A stretch of DNA of 64,000 nt from an uncultured virus (IMG/VR IMGVR_UViG_3300025767_000006). Its lineage: Duplodnaviria > Heunggongvirae > Uroviricota > Caudoviricetes. Numbering within the stretch: the stretch's first letter is position 1; each line of letters begins with the position of its first letter. The translations under genes were made by a program, and so were the position numbers. The notes below the pieces were generated by a model. The model searched no databases. It had not been told where the DNA came from and saw only the letters and a program-made list of their open reading frames with translations. The DNA is taken from IMG/VR virus record IMGVR_UViG_3300025767_000006, one strand, 5' to 3'. Positions 53,070 through 63,533 of this stretch are shown one piece after another.

Positions 53070-54040
53070 TCAATAGAGGCGAAGACACACTTAGAAGGCA
53101 GATAACCTTTGGTGCAGATCAGGTTAAGACTCTTTTGCCTGCGTGGTATCAAGAAGATAATAGTAAACTAATTGAATTATTAGATGCTTACTATCAATTT
53201 ATGGATAGTGATGAAGACCACGGATTTTCTCATGCTATTAAACAATTACATCATATACGAGATATTGATACAACAGATGAAAAATATCTAGATGAAATAG
53301 TAAAAGAAATTGGTAACGGTCTTCAATCTTCGTCTTTCTTCCAACAACCTAGATTAATGACATCATTACTTTCTAAGTTTTATCAAGTAAAGGGAACATT
53401 AGTTTCTGTTGAAGGATTCTTCAAAGGATTTTTTGGCGAAGAAGTTTCAATTGAATATCCAAAAGATCAGATCTTTATTGTTGGCGAGTCAAATATTGGA
53501 TTTGATTCTCAAAAGTTTATTCAAGATAATAAATTATATCAGATTTTTTCTATTCTTATTAAAGTTGGTCTATCAACTCAAGACTATGAAATTTTATATA
53601 AAAGATTTGTTCATCCTGCGGGATTTTATTTTGCCGGCCAGGTTATATCCGAAGGAACCGCAACATTAACTCCAACTGGATTTTTTGGCGCAGATTCAAA
53701 TGAAATTTATGGTATTGCTGAACAAATCTCTTATATCAGTGTTGGTACATTAACTGCATCTGCTGGTATTGTAGAATTAACTGGCTTAATCGAGTCTAAT
53801 GGTGTTGAACTTAGATTTGGCATTAACGAATTGGTTGAAAGATATACCTCTGATTCTAATCTTACTGTTAGTGGATTGGCAAATTATTATAATACGATTA
53901 TGGAATTAATTACACCAAACTCATTTACATTCGATGATAGTTCTAATACTATTAGACCAGACATGGCAATGACAATTGAAACAATGGATAATGACATGTT
54001 TACTCGATATAACATAAATATCCTTGAATCTTCGATATAA
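53066..54040 (+). CDS. Baseplate wedge gp7-like (short)
   Basis: LP.W, YY.F, DID.T, FY..KG, IQD...YQ.FS, HPAG. Confidence 0.7.
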   Translation: MINRGEDTLRRQITFGADQVKTLLPAWYQEDNSKLIELLDAYYQFMDSDEDHGFSHAIKQLHHIRDIDTTDEKYLDEIVKEIGNGLQSSSFFQQPRLMTSLLSKFYQVKGTLVSVEGFFKGFFGEEVSIEYPKDQIFIVGESNIGFDSQKFIQDNKLYQIFSILIKVGLSTQDYEILYKRFVHPAGFYFAGQVISEGTATLTPTGFFGADSNEIYGIAEQISYISVGTLTASAGIVELTGLIESNGVELRFGINELVERYTSDSNLTVSGLANYYNTIMELITPNSFTFDDSSNTIRPDMAMTIETMDNDMFTRYNINILESSI

Positions 54041-54043
54041 ATA
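54036..54043 (+). promoter_or_regulatory. T4-type late promoter
   Basis: Exact TATAAATA upstream of the 54067 ORF. Confidence 0.75.
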
Positions 54044-54066
54044 ACTTAAACAATAAAGAGTAAATT

Positions 54067-54885
54067 ATGACAAGACAAGTAATATCAACAGGCACAACTG
54101 CTAATGATGGAACTGGCGATACTCTTCGTAGCGCTGGGATCAAAATTAATGCAAATTTTGTCGAGCTATTTAAAGCACTAGGTGGAGATAGCGATTATCT
54201 TTCCACGCAAGTATCGCTTGAGGATAGTGCTGTCGTTTTTGAAGGTGCTACAAATAACTTATATGAAACAAGATTAACTGCTGTAGATCCTACTGCTGAC
54301 CGTCAAGCAAGATTGCCGAATGCTGATGGAATTGTTATCCTTGATACGGCTACTCAAACACTAACAAATAAAACATTTACATCACCAACTATTAGTTCTC
54401 CAAAAATCACAACTGCGATTAATGATACTAATAGTAATGAATTAATTAAATTTACAGCTACTGCCAGCGCGGTTAATGAAATTACAGTAACAAACGCTGC
54501 TAGCGGTAACTCTCCAATTATTTCAGCATCTGGTACCGGAACAAATATTAATATTGATATTACTGCAAAAGGTTCTGGATCAATAAAGCCAAGCAAACTA
54601 GCCTATGGCAATAATGAAATTACTGCTGATGGTGCAGCTAGCCCATCATTTACGTATATCATTTGTAATAAAGCAACAGCACTTGCTGTCTCTTTAGCAA
54701 ATGGTACTACAATTGGCGAATATAAGATTTTTACTAATAAGGGAGCAGGCACTGCAACAATCACTCCGGCTAGCTTTGCCAATGGTACTAGCTTTGCTAT
54801 TGCTCAAAATGAGGGTGCCCAATGTATTTGGGACGGTTTAAAATGGTTCCTTGTTGGTAACCAAAGCATAACAACGGTGGCGTAA
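54067..54885 (+). CDS. gp9/gp10-like baseplate fibre connector
   Basis: G...NDGTGD.LR.AG.KIN.NF.E. Confidence 0.8.
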   Translation: MTRQVISTGTTANDGTGDTLRSAGIKINANFVELFKALGGDSDYLSTQVSLEDSAVVFEGATNNLYETRLTAVDPTADRQARLPNADGIVILDTATQTLTNKTFTSPTISSPKITTAINDTNSNELIKFTATASAVNEITVTNAASGNSPIISASGTGTNINIDITAKGSGSIKPSKLAYGNNEITADGAASPSFTYIICNKATALAVSLANGTTIGEYKIFTNKGAGTATITPASFANGTSFAIAQNEGAQCIWDGLKWFLVGNQSITTVA

Positions 54886-54886
54886 C

Positions 54887-56257
54887 ATGGTAGCAATAGT
54901 AACAGATTCATTTAAACAACAATTCGCAAAATACATATATGACGAAGTAAATAACTCAACTGATAGTAATGAGTTCTTTATCGGCATTGGTAAGTCTGAT
55001 GCATATGATTCATCAGATGCTGTTATTGCGCCAATTAGAACTCTTGAAATTGAAAGAGAAGCAAGAAATAACTTACAGTCAATTAAAAAAGTTACTGCAC
55101 AATCTTTTGTAATTCCAAGATCAAACTGGACAGCTGGTGGTATTTACTCTTCTTGGAGAGATGATTATGTTGGTGTTCCTACTAACTCATATTACATATT
55201 AACAGAAGATAATGAAGTTTATATGTGTTTGCAAGCAGGTAAAAACGCTGCAGGGCAAGCAAATACTTCTATCGTAAAACCAAGCTATATTGATGCCGGT
55301 GTTTCAGAACATAGCGCATTTAGAACATCTGATGGATATGTTTGGAAGCTATGTTATGGTATTTCTGCTGCAAGAGCAAACTCATTCTTATCATCAACAT
55401 ATATGCCAGTACAAGATATAGAAATTGATTCTTCTGGAGCAAACGCTTTTGAATTACAACAATTGAATATCCAAAATACTGCTAAAAAAGGTCAAATTCT
55501 TGGATTTGATATTGTTTCAGGCGGAACCGGTTATACAACAGCACCAACAATAACTATTTCTGGAAATGGATCTGGTGCAACTGCTACGGCATACGTATCT
55601 GGTGGCGCAATTATTAAAGTTGAAATGAATAATGAATCTGCTGGATTAGGATCGGGTTATACATTTGCTAGAGCTAATCTTTCAGCTGGCAATGGTATTA
55701 TTAGACCTATCATCGGCCCATATGATGGGATCGGAAAAAGCGTTATTGGTGATCTAAAATCATCTTCAGTTATGTTTAATATTAAACCAGAAGGTGCTGA
55801 AGGTGGATCATTTAATACTACTAATGATTTTAGACAAATTCTATTGTTTAAGAATTTAGAAACTACAGACTCTGCAGCAGATGGTACTAGATATACAAGT
55901 AACGTTGACAGAGCACAAAGATATTTAACGATTACTTCAACAATTGCAGCATCTGGATTTGCTGTAGATGAAGTAATTACAGGAGCAACATCTGGTTCCA
56001 CTGCATATATTGATGAACTTGATAGTTCAACTGGTAATATAATTTGGTTCCATCAAAACAGTAATAATAAAGCTGGTATATTTGCTGATGGTGAAACACT
56101 TTCAGGGTCATTAAGTGGTTCTGCCACGGTAGATAGTGGTGATAAATACTCATTAGTAGATGCTCATACAGGTAAACTATTGTATATTGAAAATAGAGCT
56201 CGAGTAATTAGATCTACTGTGCAAACAGAAGACATTAAAGTTATTGTAACGGTGTAA
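54887..56257 (+). CDS. 8: Baseplate wedge subunit gp8
   Basis: IPR.NW..G..Y, VY.CL, DGY.WK..Y, G..LY.ENR..IR...Q.ED.K. Confidence 0.88.
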   Translation: MVAIVTDSFKQQFAKYIYDEVNNSTDSNEFFIGIGKSDAYDSSDAVIAPIRTLEIEREARNNLQSIKKVTAQSFVIPRSNWTAGGIYSSWRDDYVGVPTNSYYILTEDNEVYMCLQAGKNAAGQANTSIVKPSYIDAGVSEHSAFRTSDGYVWKLCYGISAARANSFLSSTYMPVQDIEIDSSGANAFELQQLNIQNTAKKGQILGFDIVSGGTGYTTAPTITISGNGSGATATAYVSGGAIIKVEMNNESAGLGSGYTFARANLSAGNGIIRPIIGPYDGIGKSVIGDLKSSSVMFNIKPEGAEGGSFNTTNDFRQILLFKNLETTDSAADGTRYTSNVDRAQRYLTITSTIAASGFAVDEVITGATSGSTAYIDELDSSTGNIIWFHQNSNNKAGIFADGETLSGSLSGSATVDSGDKYSLVDAHTGKLLYIENRARVIRSTVQTEDIKVIVTV

Positions 56258-56260
56258 TAA

Positions 56261-59200
56261 ATGGCAACTAATCTTACCACTACCACATTCTCAACCACGT
56301 ATAAGGATGACTTCCGAGATAGTGATAACTATCATAGAGTTCTCTTTAACGCTGGTAAAGCACTGCAAGCCCGTGAGCTTACGCAGATGCAAACAATCAT
56401 TCAAAGAGAAATTGAAAGATTTGGATCAAATATTTTTAGAGAAGGTGGTATTGTTCAACCTGGTGGAGTTGCAATAGTTGAATATGAGTATGTTAAATTA
56501 GCGTCTGGTCAATTGCCGGCAAATACTGCTACTATTCTAAATAAAGTATTTACAGTAGCAGCACCAAATCCTGCTTTACAAGTAAAAATTGTACAAGTAA
56601 TTGCAGCATCTGGATCAGATCCAGATACTTTAGTTATTGAATATCAATCAACTTCTGCTGGCACATCAGGATCTCAGCCTGTGCGAGTTATTAACGGCGT
56701 AACTCTTGAAAATAGCGTTCTAGGACCAAGCTATGATATGGTAGTAGCATCATCTGCTGCGTCCGGCCGTGGAATGAAATTTGAAGTTGCTCAGGGTGTA
56801 TTCTTTGCGCAAGGACATTTTGTATTCTGTGAAAAGCAAGAAATTATTCTTTCTAAGTATGGTATAACACCAACAAACGACATTGGTTTTAGAATTATTC
56901 AAGATGTTGTTACTGTATCTGATACTAACGATCTTTATGATAATCAGGGCGCTGCTCCAAACTTAGCTGCTCCAGGCGCAGACAGATATAGAATTCGTCT
57001 AGTACTTACCACAAGAGATCAAATTGCTTCTGGCCAGAACTTTGTATTTCTTACAAGAGTAACAGATGGCCAGATCTCAGATACTACAACAGCTAATAAT
57101 TCTTATAATGTTCTAAATGATGTATTAGCTCTTAGAACAAAAGAAGAGTCCGGTGATTATATTGTAAAGCCATTTAATGCTAAATTTAATGATTTAAACG
57201 ATTCAAATCTTGAATTAGAAGTTACTGATGGTATTGTCTATATCGATGGTTATCGATTAGAAATGAAAAACAAAAAGATTGTAGTACCAAAAGCTCAACA
57301 AACAGTTACACTAGAAAATCAAGCTGTAGTTATTCAATATGGTAACTATGTTATTGGTTCGGGCGGGGCTGGCTTACCAAATATTAATACACTCCAAAGA
57401 CAAAATATTAGATCTGTCACAGGTCATGGTGGATCTACAATTGGTACTTGTAGAGTAAGAGCTATTGAAGAAGATGGTGCTAATTGGAGATACTATCTTT
57501 TTGAAATCAATATGAATGCTGGCCAATCTTTTGCTGCTGCAAAGTCTATTGGGTTAGGTTCTTCAGATTATTTTAATATTGTTTTAGATGATGGTGCTGC
57601 TCAGTTAAAGAACACTGCACAAAATGATCTATTATTTCCATTACCAAAAGTAAGACCTACACAAACAGGAGTTGCTTTTGATGATATATCAATACAAGAA
57701 AGATATACAGTAACAACAGATGGATCTGGTAATTCTACAACATCAACATCTGTAACTTCTGGTACATTTGAAAATACTGGCCAATGGATTGTTGCTCCAA
57801 CCGATGGAGCAATTGAGTCTCCTACAATTACACTTGATGGCACTCAAACATCATTTACTATTTCTGGAGCAACTCCGAGTAAAACATTAGAAATTATTGC
57901 AAAAGTTAAAAGGTCTTCTCCTACTGCTAGATCTAAAACTTTAACTGATGCAACTAAAACTATCTCTTGGCCAGCTGATGCTAAAACAGATGCTGCAGGT
58001 CAACAATATATTGATCTAGACAAAACTGATATTTTCTCGGTAAGTGCTGTTAAAATTAATGATTCAGATGGAGCTGCAATTACATCTAATTGGACTTTAG
58101 ATAATGGACAAAGAGATAACTATTATGGTATTGGTAGACTTATTCTAAAAGGTGGATTAAGTGCGCCAACTTCAAATATCTTTATTCGATTCAAACATTT
58201 TACCCATGGAAATGGTAATTTCTTTGATATTACTTCTTATAACGCAGCTCAGGTTGCTTATGGAGATGTGCCAGCATATCGCCAAAATGATGGTACAACA
58301 ATCGAATTAAGAGATGTTGTAGACTTTAGACCAGTTGCAACTAGAGCTACTGGTGGTATTGGTCTAGGATATGATTCAGATGGTGTTGGTGGAACTGGTA
58401 TTATTAACTTATTACCAACAAACACTGATACATTCACTGGTGATATTATTTACTACATGCCACGTAGAGACAAATTGATCGCAATTGCTGGACCAGTAAG
58501 AGGAAAAGCAATTCAGGCTGGGTCAATTCAAGTAATTACTGGTACTTCAGATCTAAATCCACAATATCCAGATGTTTCTACTTCATCTATGGCATTGATG
58601 AATATTGATTTAAATCCATACACATTAGATGAATCAGATTTATCAACAAGTATGATTCCAAACAAGCGATTCACGATGGCTGATATCGCTGAACTAGAAC
58701 AACGAATTGATAAACTTCAAGAGTTAACAACATTAAGTCTTCTTGAGCTAAGTACTTCTTCATTAGGAGTATTTGACTCAGCCGGTAACGCTAGAACAAA
58801 AGCTGGATTCTTAGTAGATAATTTCTATGATTATGCTTTTTCTGCTACTGATCGTGCTGAATATAGAGCATCTATTGATGATCTAGAAGGAACTATTACT
58901 GCTGAACAAGATGTTCATAACGTTAGATTGGTTTATAATTCAGGTGCGGGCGATACCACGACATCTTTAGTTGGTGACTTAGCTATATTACCTATTGCTT
59001 CTCATCAAACTCTTGTAAATCAACAATTAGCAACTGAAACAATGAACGTGAATCCATTTGCTGTAATTACACATAATGGCCAATTAAGAATTTCACCAGC
59101 ATCTGATGAGTGGGTTGAAACCCAATACGCTCCAGATGCTATTGTTAATGCGACAGAAACTAGAAGTGGTGGCACTACAAGAGTACAGAATTCATTAGCA

Positions 59201-61381
59201 GCATGGAGAAATTCGTGGATTGGTAGACCACGTGGTAACCAAGTAACAATTAGAGGTCGTGTAACAAATCGACGCGAAATTATTGCTGATAGAGTTATTG
59301 ATGTTCAAGTTATTCCATTCATGCGGTCTAGAAAAATTTCATTTAAAGCTGAAGGTTTAAGACCTGAAACTCAACATTTCTTATTCTTTAACGGTGTTGT
59401 ATTAGCTGATTACGTAAGAGATGAAACATTTGAAAGATTTTCTCAAAGATCTGATGATGTGGGTAATACTTATACCAATAGAACTAGTCATCCTGATGGA
59501 GCATCTACTATTATTTCAGATGCTACTGGTACTATTACAGGATCGTTTATCATTCCAAGCAACAGCGCGCTTAAGTTTAGAACTGGCACAAAAATTGTTA
59601 AATTACTAGATATTTCAGTTGATGATGATAATGCAGCATTATCTAAAGCGACGGCTGGATTTACATCTTCAGGTGTTCTAGAAACTAGACAAAGAACAAT
59701 TAGATCTACTCGTGTTGAAGAAAGAATTACTCTTATTCAAGAGCCACAAGATGATGGTGGTGGTGGCGGAGGTGGCGGCGGCGAAGGCGGTGGCGACGCA
59801 GGTGATCCATTAGCGCAAACATTCTTTATTAATGCAAAAGAAAATCCAAATGGTGTATTCATTACTAAAGTTGATGCGTATTTTGCAAGTAAAGATGCTA
59901 ACATTCCAGTGCGATGTGAATTAAGAGGTGTTGAAAACGGTATTCCAAATTCTGCTCCAATTGCTGGTGCATATGTATATCTACCACCTGCCAGCGTAAA
60001 TATTCCAGCAGACACTGAGAATATGGCATCGGTACAAGCAAGCCCAACAACTTTTGAGTTTGAAGAGCCAATTTACTTACTTCCAGATCGTGAATATGCT
60101 GTTGTTCTAAAAGCAGAAACTATTGGATATACATCTTATGTTGCTGAAACATATGCCTTTATTCTGGGATCAACAGAAGCTCGTGTAAGTAGACAACCAA
60201 CATTAGGGTCTTTGTTTACTTCTCAAAATGGATTTACTTGGACTCCAGATCAACAACGAGATCTTATGTTTAAGTTATATAGAGCTGAATTTTCTCCTAG
60301 TGCGAGTGCTATTTTAGAAAATGCTTCTGCTCCAACCCATTTGATTAGAGGTAATCCAATTTCAACTACAGCTGGAGATGCTACAGTAAGAGTATACCAT
60401 AGAGGCCATGGTCTAATTAAAAATGATTATGTGCGGCTTGTTAACTTAGATTCAGATCAAAGCTTTGGTGGAATTAAAGGATATGATTTAACTGGATCTC
60501 GTCAAGTAACTGCGGTTGATTACAGTGGATATACTTTTGAAGCAGACTCAACTGCTAGTGATACTATTATAACTGGCGGCAATGGAATTATTGCAAGTCA
60601 AAACTATATGTTTGACGTCTATGTTCCTAATATTCAAACATTGATACCAACAGAAACTAATATTAGTGGATCAATTAAATTAACTGAGGGTGGATCATAC
60701 GCTGCTAATAGAAACACAGCAATTGGTTATAGTAGAGCTAAAGCTGCATCGTATAGCAATATTACCTTAAATGAATTTAACTTTAATACAAGTCCAAAGT
60801 GTATTTTTAGCGATTCAAATGAAGCAATATCTCCATTAAGTGGTGCTAAGTCAGTAACAATGAAGTTGAATCTTTCAACTAATGATACAAAAGTATCACC
60901 AGTTATTGATCTTCAGAGAGCATCAATGACGATGTTTGAAAATATTATTGACAAGCAAGATTCTGCTGCAACCAATGGATTTAATGTTCCAATTAGTTTT
61001 GTAAATGAGACACACCCAAGTGAAGGATCACATGCAGCTAAACATGTTACTGTTCCAGTAACTTTGGCAGAACAAGCTGTAGGATTAAAAATCTTATTTG
61101 CTGCGCATAGACCATTGACTGGTGGATTTAGAGTTTATTATAAGACTGGTACCGGCGATGATAATTTTGATGAAGTTAATTGGATTGAATTGAACGAAGT
61201 ATCAAATAATCCTGCTGATGAAAATCCAACAATATATAGAGAATATGAGTATTTAGCTGGTGGTCAAGTTGGTAACTTAAATGCATTTTCAAAATTCCAA
61301 TTGAAAATTGTAATGACATCAACCAACTCATCGAAGATTCCAGTAATTAAAGATTTAAGAGCAATTGCATTAGTAACGTGA
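56261..61381 (+). CDS. Large VrlC/DUF4815-like virion structural protein
   Basis: Y.DDF, LQARELTQ.Q, APGADR, RT.EESG.Y, FTM.DI..LE.RI, GF.VD.F, DPLAQTF, SP.ID, DLR.IA. Confidence 0.85.
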   Translation: MATNLTTTTFSTTYKDDFRDSDNYHRVLFNAGKALQARELTQMQTIIQREIERFGSNIFREGGIVQPGGVAIVEYEYVKLASGQLPANTATILNKVFTVAAPNPALQVKIVQVIAASGSDPDTLVIEYQSTSAGTSGSQPVRVINGVTLENSVLGPSYDMVVASSAASGRGMKFEVAQGVFFAQGHFVFCEKQEIILSKYGITPTNDIGFRIIQDVVTVSDTNDLYDNQGAAPNLAAPGADRYRIRLVLTTRDQIASGQNFVFLTRVTDGQISDTTTANNSYNVLNDVLALRTKEESGDYIVKPFNAKFNDLNDSNLELEVTDGIVYIDGYRLEMKNKKIVVPKAQQTVTLENQAVVIQYGNYVIGSGGAGLPNINTLQRQNIRSVTGHGGSTIGTCRVRAIEEDGANWRYYLFEINMNAGQSFAAAKSIGLGSSDYFNIVLDDGAAQLKNTAQNDLLFPLPKVRPTQTGVAFDDISIQERYTVTTDGSGNSTTSTSVTSGTFENTGQWIVAPTDGAIESPTITLDGTQTSFTISGATPSKTLEIIAKVKRSSPTARSKTLTDATKTISWPADAKTDAAGQQYIDLDKTDIFSVSAVKINDSDGAAITSNWTLDNGQRDNYYGIGRLILKGGLSAPTSNIFIRFKHFTHGNGNFFDITSYNAAQVAYGDVPAYRQNDGTTIELRDVVDFRPVATRATGGIGLGYDSDGVGGTGIINLLPTNTDTFTGDIIYYMPRRDKLIAIAGPVRGKAIQAGSIQVITGTSDLNPQYPDVSTSSMALMNIDLNPYTLDESDLSTSMIPNKRFTMADIAELEQRIDKLQELTTLSLLELSTSSLGVFDSAGNARTKAGFLVDNFYDYAFSATDRAEYRASIDDLEGTITAEQDVHNVRLVYNSGAGDTTTSLVGDLAILPIASHQTLVNQQLATETMNVNPFAVITHNGQLRISPASDEWVETQYAPDAIVNATETRSGGTTRVQNSLAAWRNSWIGRPRGNQVTIRGRVTNRREIIADRVIDVQVIPFMRSRKISFKAEGLRPETQHFLFFNGVVLADYVRDETFERFSQRSDDVGNTYTNRTSHPDGASTIISDATGTITGSFIIPSNSALKFRTGTKIVKLLDISVDDDNAALSKATAGFTSSGVLETRQRTIRSTRVEERITLIQEPQDDGGGGGGGGGEGGGDAGDPLAQTFFINAKENPNGVFITKVDAYFASKDANIPVRCELRGVENGIPNSAPIAGAYVYLPPASVNIPADTENMASVQASPTTFEFEEPIYLLPDREYAVVLKAETIGYTSYVAETYAFILGSTEARVSRQPTLGSLFTSQNGFTWTPDQQRDLMFKLYRAEFSPSASAILENASAPTHLIRGNPISTTAGDATVRVYHRGHGLIKNDYVRLVNLDSDQSFGGIKGYDLTGSRQVTAVDYSGYTFEADSTASDTIITGGNGIIASQNYMFDVYVPNIQTLIPTETNISGSIKLTEGGSYAANRNTAIGYSRAKAASYSNITLNEFNFNTSPKCIFSDSNEAISPLSGAKSVTMKLNLSTNDTKVSPVIDLQRASMTMFENIIDKQDSAATNGFNVPISFVNETHPSEGSHAAKHVTVPVTLAEQAVGLKILFAAHRPLTGGFRVYYKTGTGDDNFDEVNWIELNEVSNNPADENPTIYREYEYLAGGQVGNLNAFSKFQLKIVMTSTNSSKIPVIKDLRAIALVT

Positions 61382-61605
61382 TGAAAAAATATATTCAAGT
61401 TGAAGGGCATCCAAATTTAGTTAGAGATATTAACAGTGGAGCTATTATAAATACTAATAGTAAAGAGATTGCTCAAGCTAGAAGAACTAAAAAAGCTTGG
61501 AAAGCGCAACAAGAAGAAATGTTACAGCTTAGACAAGATGTAACTATTATGAAAGAAGCGTTAGCTAAGCTACTAGAGGATAAAAATGGCAGTAACAACA
61601 ATTAA
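61378..61605 (+). CDS. Conserved small protein following VrlC-like gene
   Basis: VEG..NL.RD..SGAI.N, coiled-coil C-terminus. Confidence 0.75.
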   Translation: MMKKYIQVEGHPNLVRDINSGAIINTNSKEIAQARRTKKAWKAQQEEMLQLRQDVTIMKEALAKLLEDKNGSNNN

Positions 61606-62047
61606 TCTTTCAGATCCAGTATCTACTTGGGTTTCAAAGACAAATATTATTGCAACTAACGTTGGTGATTTGTCGTTAATGTCTATTGGCGGCTCAAGTA
61701 TTGTAGTCGCAGTTAATCGTCTAGATTCTAATATAGGCACAATAAGTAATTTAACTACTGTTGATAAATCAGATCTTGTAAATGCAATTAACGAAACATA
61801 TGATTTAGCTGTACGTGGTAATGAAGCACTAAATGACTCTGACGAAATTATTGGGTTGTTTTCATCTTCAACTACTATTAGCTTAGATTCTGCGAGTGGA
61901 CAATTTGGTGTTATAAATAATAGTATAACCTTTGATCAGCTTGCATCTAATACTATTCAATCAAGTAATTTGAGTAGTACAACTACTCTTCAAATTAAAA
62001 ACGCTGCAGGTTCTGTAGTAAAAACAATGTATAGTCCAGGGAATTAA
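61586..62047 (+). CDS. Putative tail-fibre/neck-associated protein
   Basis: INLSD....W..KTN; IG....L.T..K..LV.AINE repeat. Confidence 0.65.
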   Translation: MAVTTINLSDPVSTWVSKTNIIATNVGDLSLMSIGGSSIVVAVNRLDSNIGTISNLTTVDKSDLVNAINETYDLAVRGNEALNDSDEIIGLFSSSTTISLDSASGQFGVINNSITFDQLASNTIQSSNLSSTTTLQIKNAAGSVVKTMYSPGN

Positions 62048-62050
62048 AAA

Positions 62051-62989
62051 ATGGCAGGTCCACTTAAATTAACAGGCGATAATAACTTACAAGAAATGAC
62101 TTCTGCTGAGCAGGATTATATTGAACACGTTATTCTTGCTAATTTTGCTTCTTCCGACGCCGGTGTCGGCACAGTATCAGTAAATCCAGGTTCAACCGCA
62201 GGTTTAACGGCTATTGGAACATTTACTGACACCATTCATCCTAATGCCGTCGGGGCTCATCCAGTAGGTACAAGTTATAACTCAACAGTTTATACTTTTT
62301 ATCAAGATAGACAGACTGCATCTGAATCACTTACTCGTCCTCTTGAATGGGATGGTACTGATGTTATTGAGCAAAATGATACTAAATTAAATTCTGGTGT
62401 TATTGATGCCACTCAAGACAATTTTGCGGCTGAGGGTTTAGGTTCTTATGCATTGGGTCCATCTTCTCCTGCCGGCGGTACTTGGGTATCAAAGGGAACT
62501 ATTAATAATACAGTAAATGGTGGCTCTACAAATAGTACATATCTTTGGAGAAAAACCGCTGCAGCTTCAGTACCAACAACTGTCCGTCCTATGAGATGGG
62601 ATGGTGTTAATTCTATTCAAGAAATGACTGATGCTCAAATTCAAACATTAACTGCACGTTTTAGAAATCAAATGAAAGCTGGTATTGGACAAGTCCAAAT
62701 TTCAACTTCCTCACCATCCGGTGGTACTTGGGTTACTCGTGGATCAGCTTTTTCTGATACACGTAGACAACTTGCAAACCAAAACTATTCCAATACGTTC
62801 TCTAGAAATTTTGGTCGTAACTTTACTGGATATTTCATTAGATATTATTCTGGCCGAAATTATGGCTCGTATGCACGTAACTTTACCGGCTACTATACTG
62901 GATACTACACAGGTTACTTTACTGGTCTAACTGTACAGTCTGGAACTGAAACTAATGAAACTAAGTCATTGTGGGTTAAAACTGCGTAA
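62051..62989 (+). CDS. Putative virion protein with internal duplication and aromatic 4-aa repeat tail
   Basis: Repeated QEMT and SP.GGTWV units; C-terminal (F/Y)xGx/(F/Y)xRN repeats; TATAAATA at 61912-19 upstream. Confidence 0.65.
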   Translation: MAGPLKLTGDNNLQEMTSAEQDYIEHVILANFASSDAGVGTVSVNPGSTAGLTAIGTFTDTIHPNAVGAHPVGTSYNSTVYTFYQDRQTASESLTRPLEWDGTDVIEQNDTKLNSGVIDATQDNFAAEGLGSYALGPSSPAGGTWVSKGTINNTVNGGSTNSTYLWRKTAAASVPTTVRPMRWDGVNSIQEMTDAQIQTLTARFRNQMKAGIGQVQISTSSPSGGTWVTRGSAFSDTRRQLANQNYSNTFSRNFGRNFTGYFIRYYSGRNYGSYARNFTGYYTGYYTGYFTGLTVQSGTETNETKSLWVKTA

Positions 62990-63041
62990 TATATAATATT
63001 ATCTAAATCATTACTAAAGAATATAAAGGTTGAATTGAAAA

Positions 63042-63533
63042 ATGAAAGTTTCTGAACTAGAAATTCTACGTGCACCAGAAGAAGTTGCAGTAGTACGAAA
63101 AAGAAAAATCTTAGATCCTTATTTTTGTAATAATGCTGAAACTCAAGTTGGGTGTCAATTTGAGTTTGAGGATGGTAGTATCTTTAATGCTACTGTTTCT
63201 GATACAGCCGAAGGTAATCCCGACTGGGCTGAAATCTTTGAACTATTTACAAAAGAAGAAATCCAAAATAATACGAAAATGATGCTTGAAAAAAATCAAG
63301 CTGAGCGCGATGAAGCGCATCGTATGGATATGGAAAATGCTGAAAAGATGAAAGCCGATATTTTGTTCCAGGCTAAACTTGAAGCATTCGAAGTTGAAGA
63401 AATTAAGAATTCCGATAATCGTGAACTTAAGTCAAAGATTAGAAAATCAAAGAATTTGACTGAATTGCAAGCATATGCTGTATTATTAATTATGAAGGAA
63501 TTTGATAAAAGTGAACAGCCCATATCCGAATAA
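63042..63533 (+). CDS. Hypothetical protein (possible fibre chaperone)
   Basis: NPDW.EI; LF.AKL.AFE..EIK.S..R.LKS.IRK. Confidence 0.65.
   Translation: MKVSELEILRAPEEVAVVRKRKILDPYFCNNAETQVGCQFEFEDGSIFNATVSDTAEGNPDWAEIFELFTKEEIQNNTKMMLEKNQAERDEAHRMDMENAEKMKADILFQAKLEAFEVEEIKNSDNRELKSKIRKSKNLTELQAYAVLLIMKEFDKSEQPISE

Noticed and set aside
53066..62047. Recurrent D-S-(D/A/N/S) tripeptides in baseplate proteins as an O-glycosylation sequon
   Set aside because: About 9 in the 1706-aa protein is roughly what composition predicts; only gp8 looks mildly enriched, so it is unsupported without a proper test
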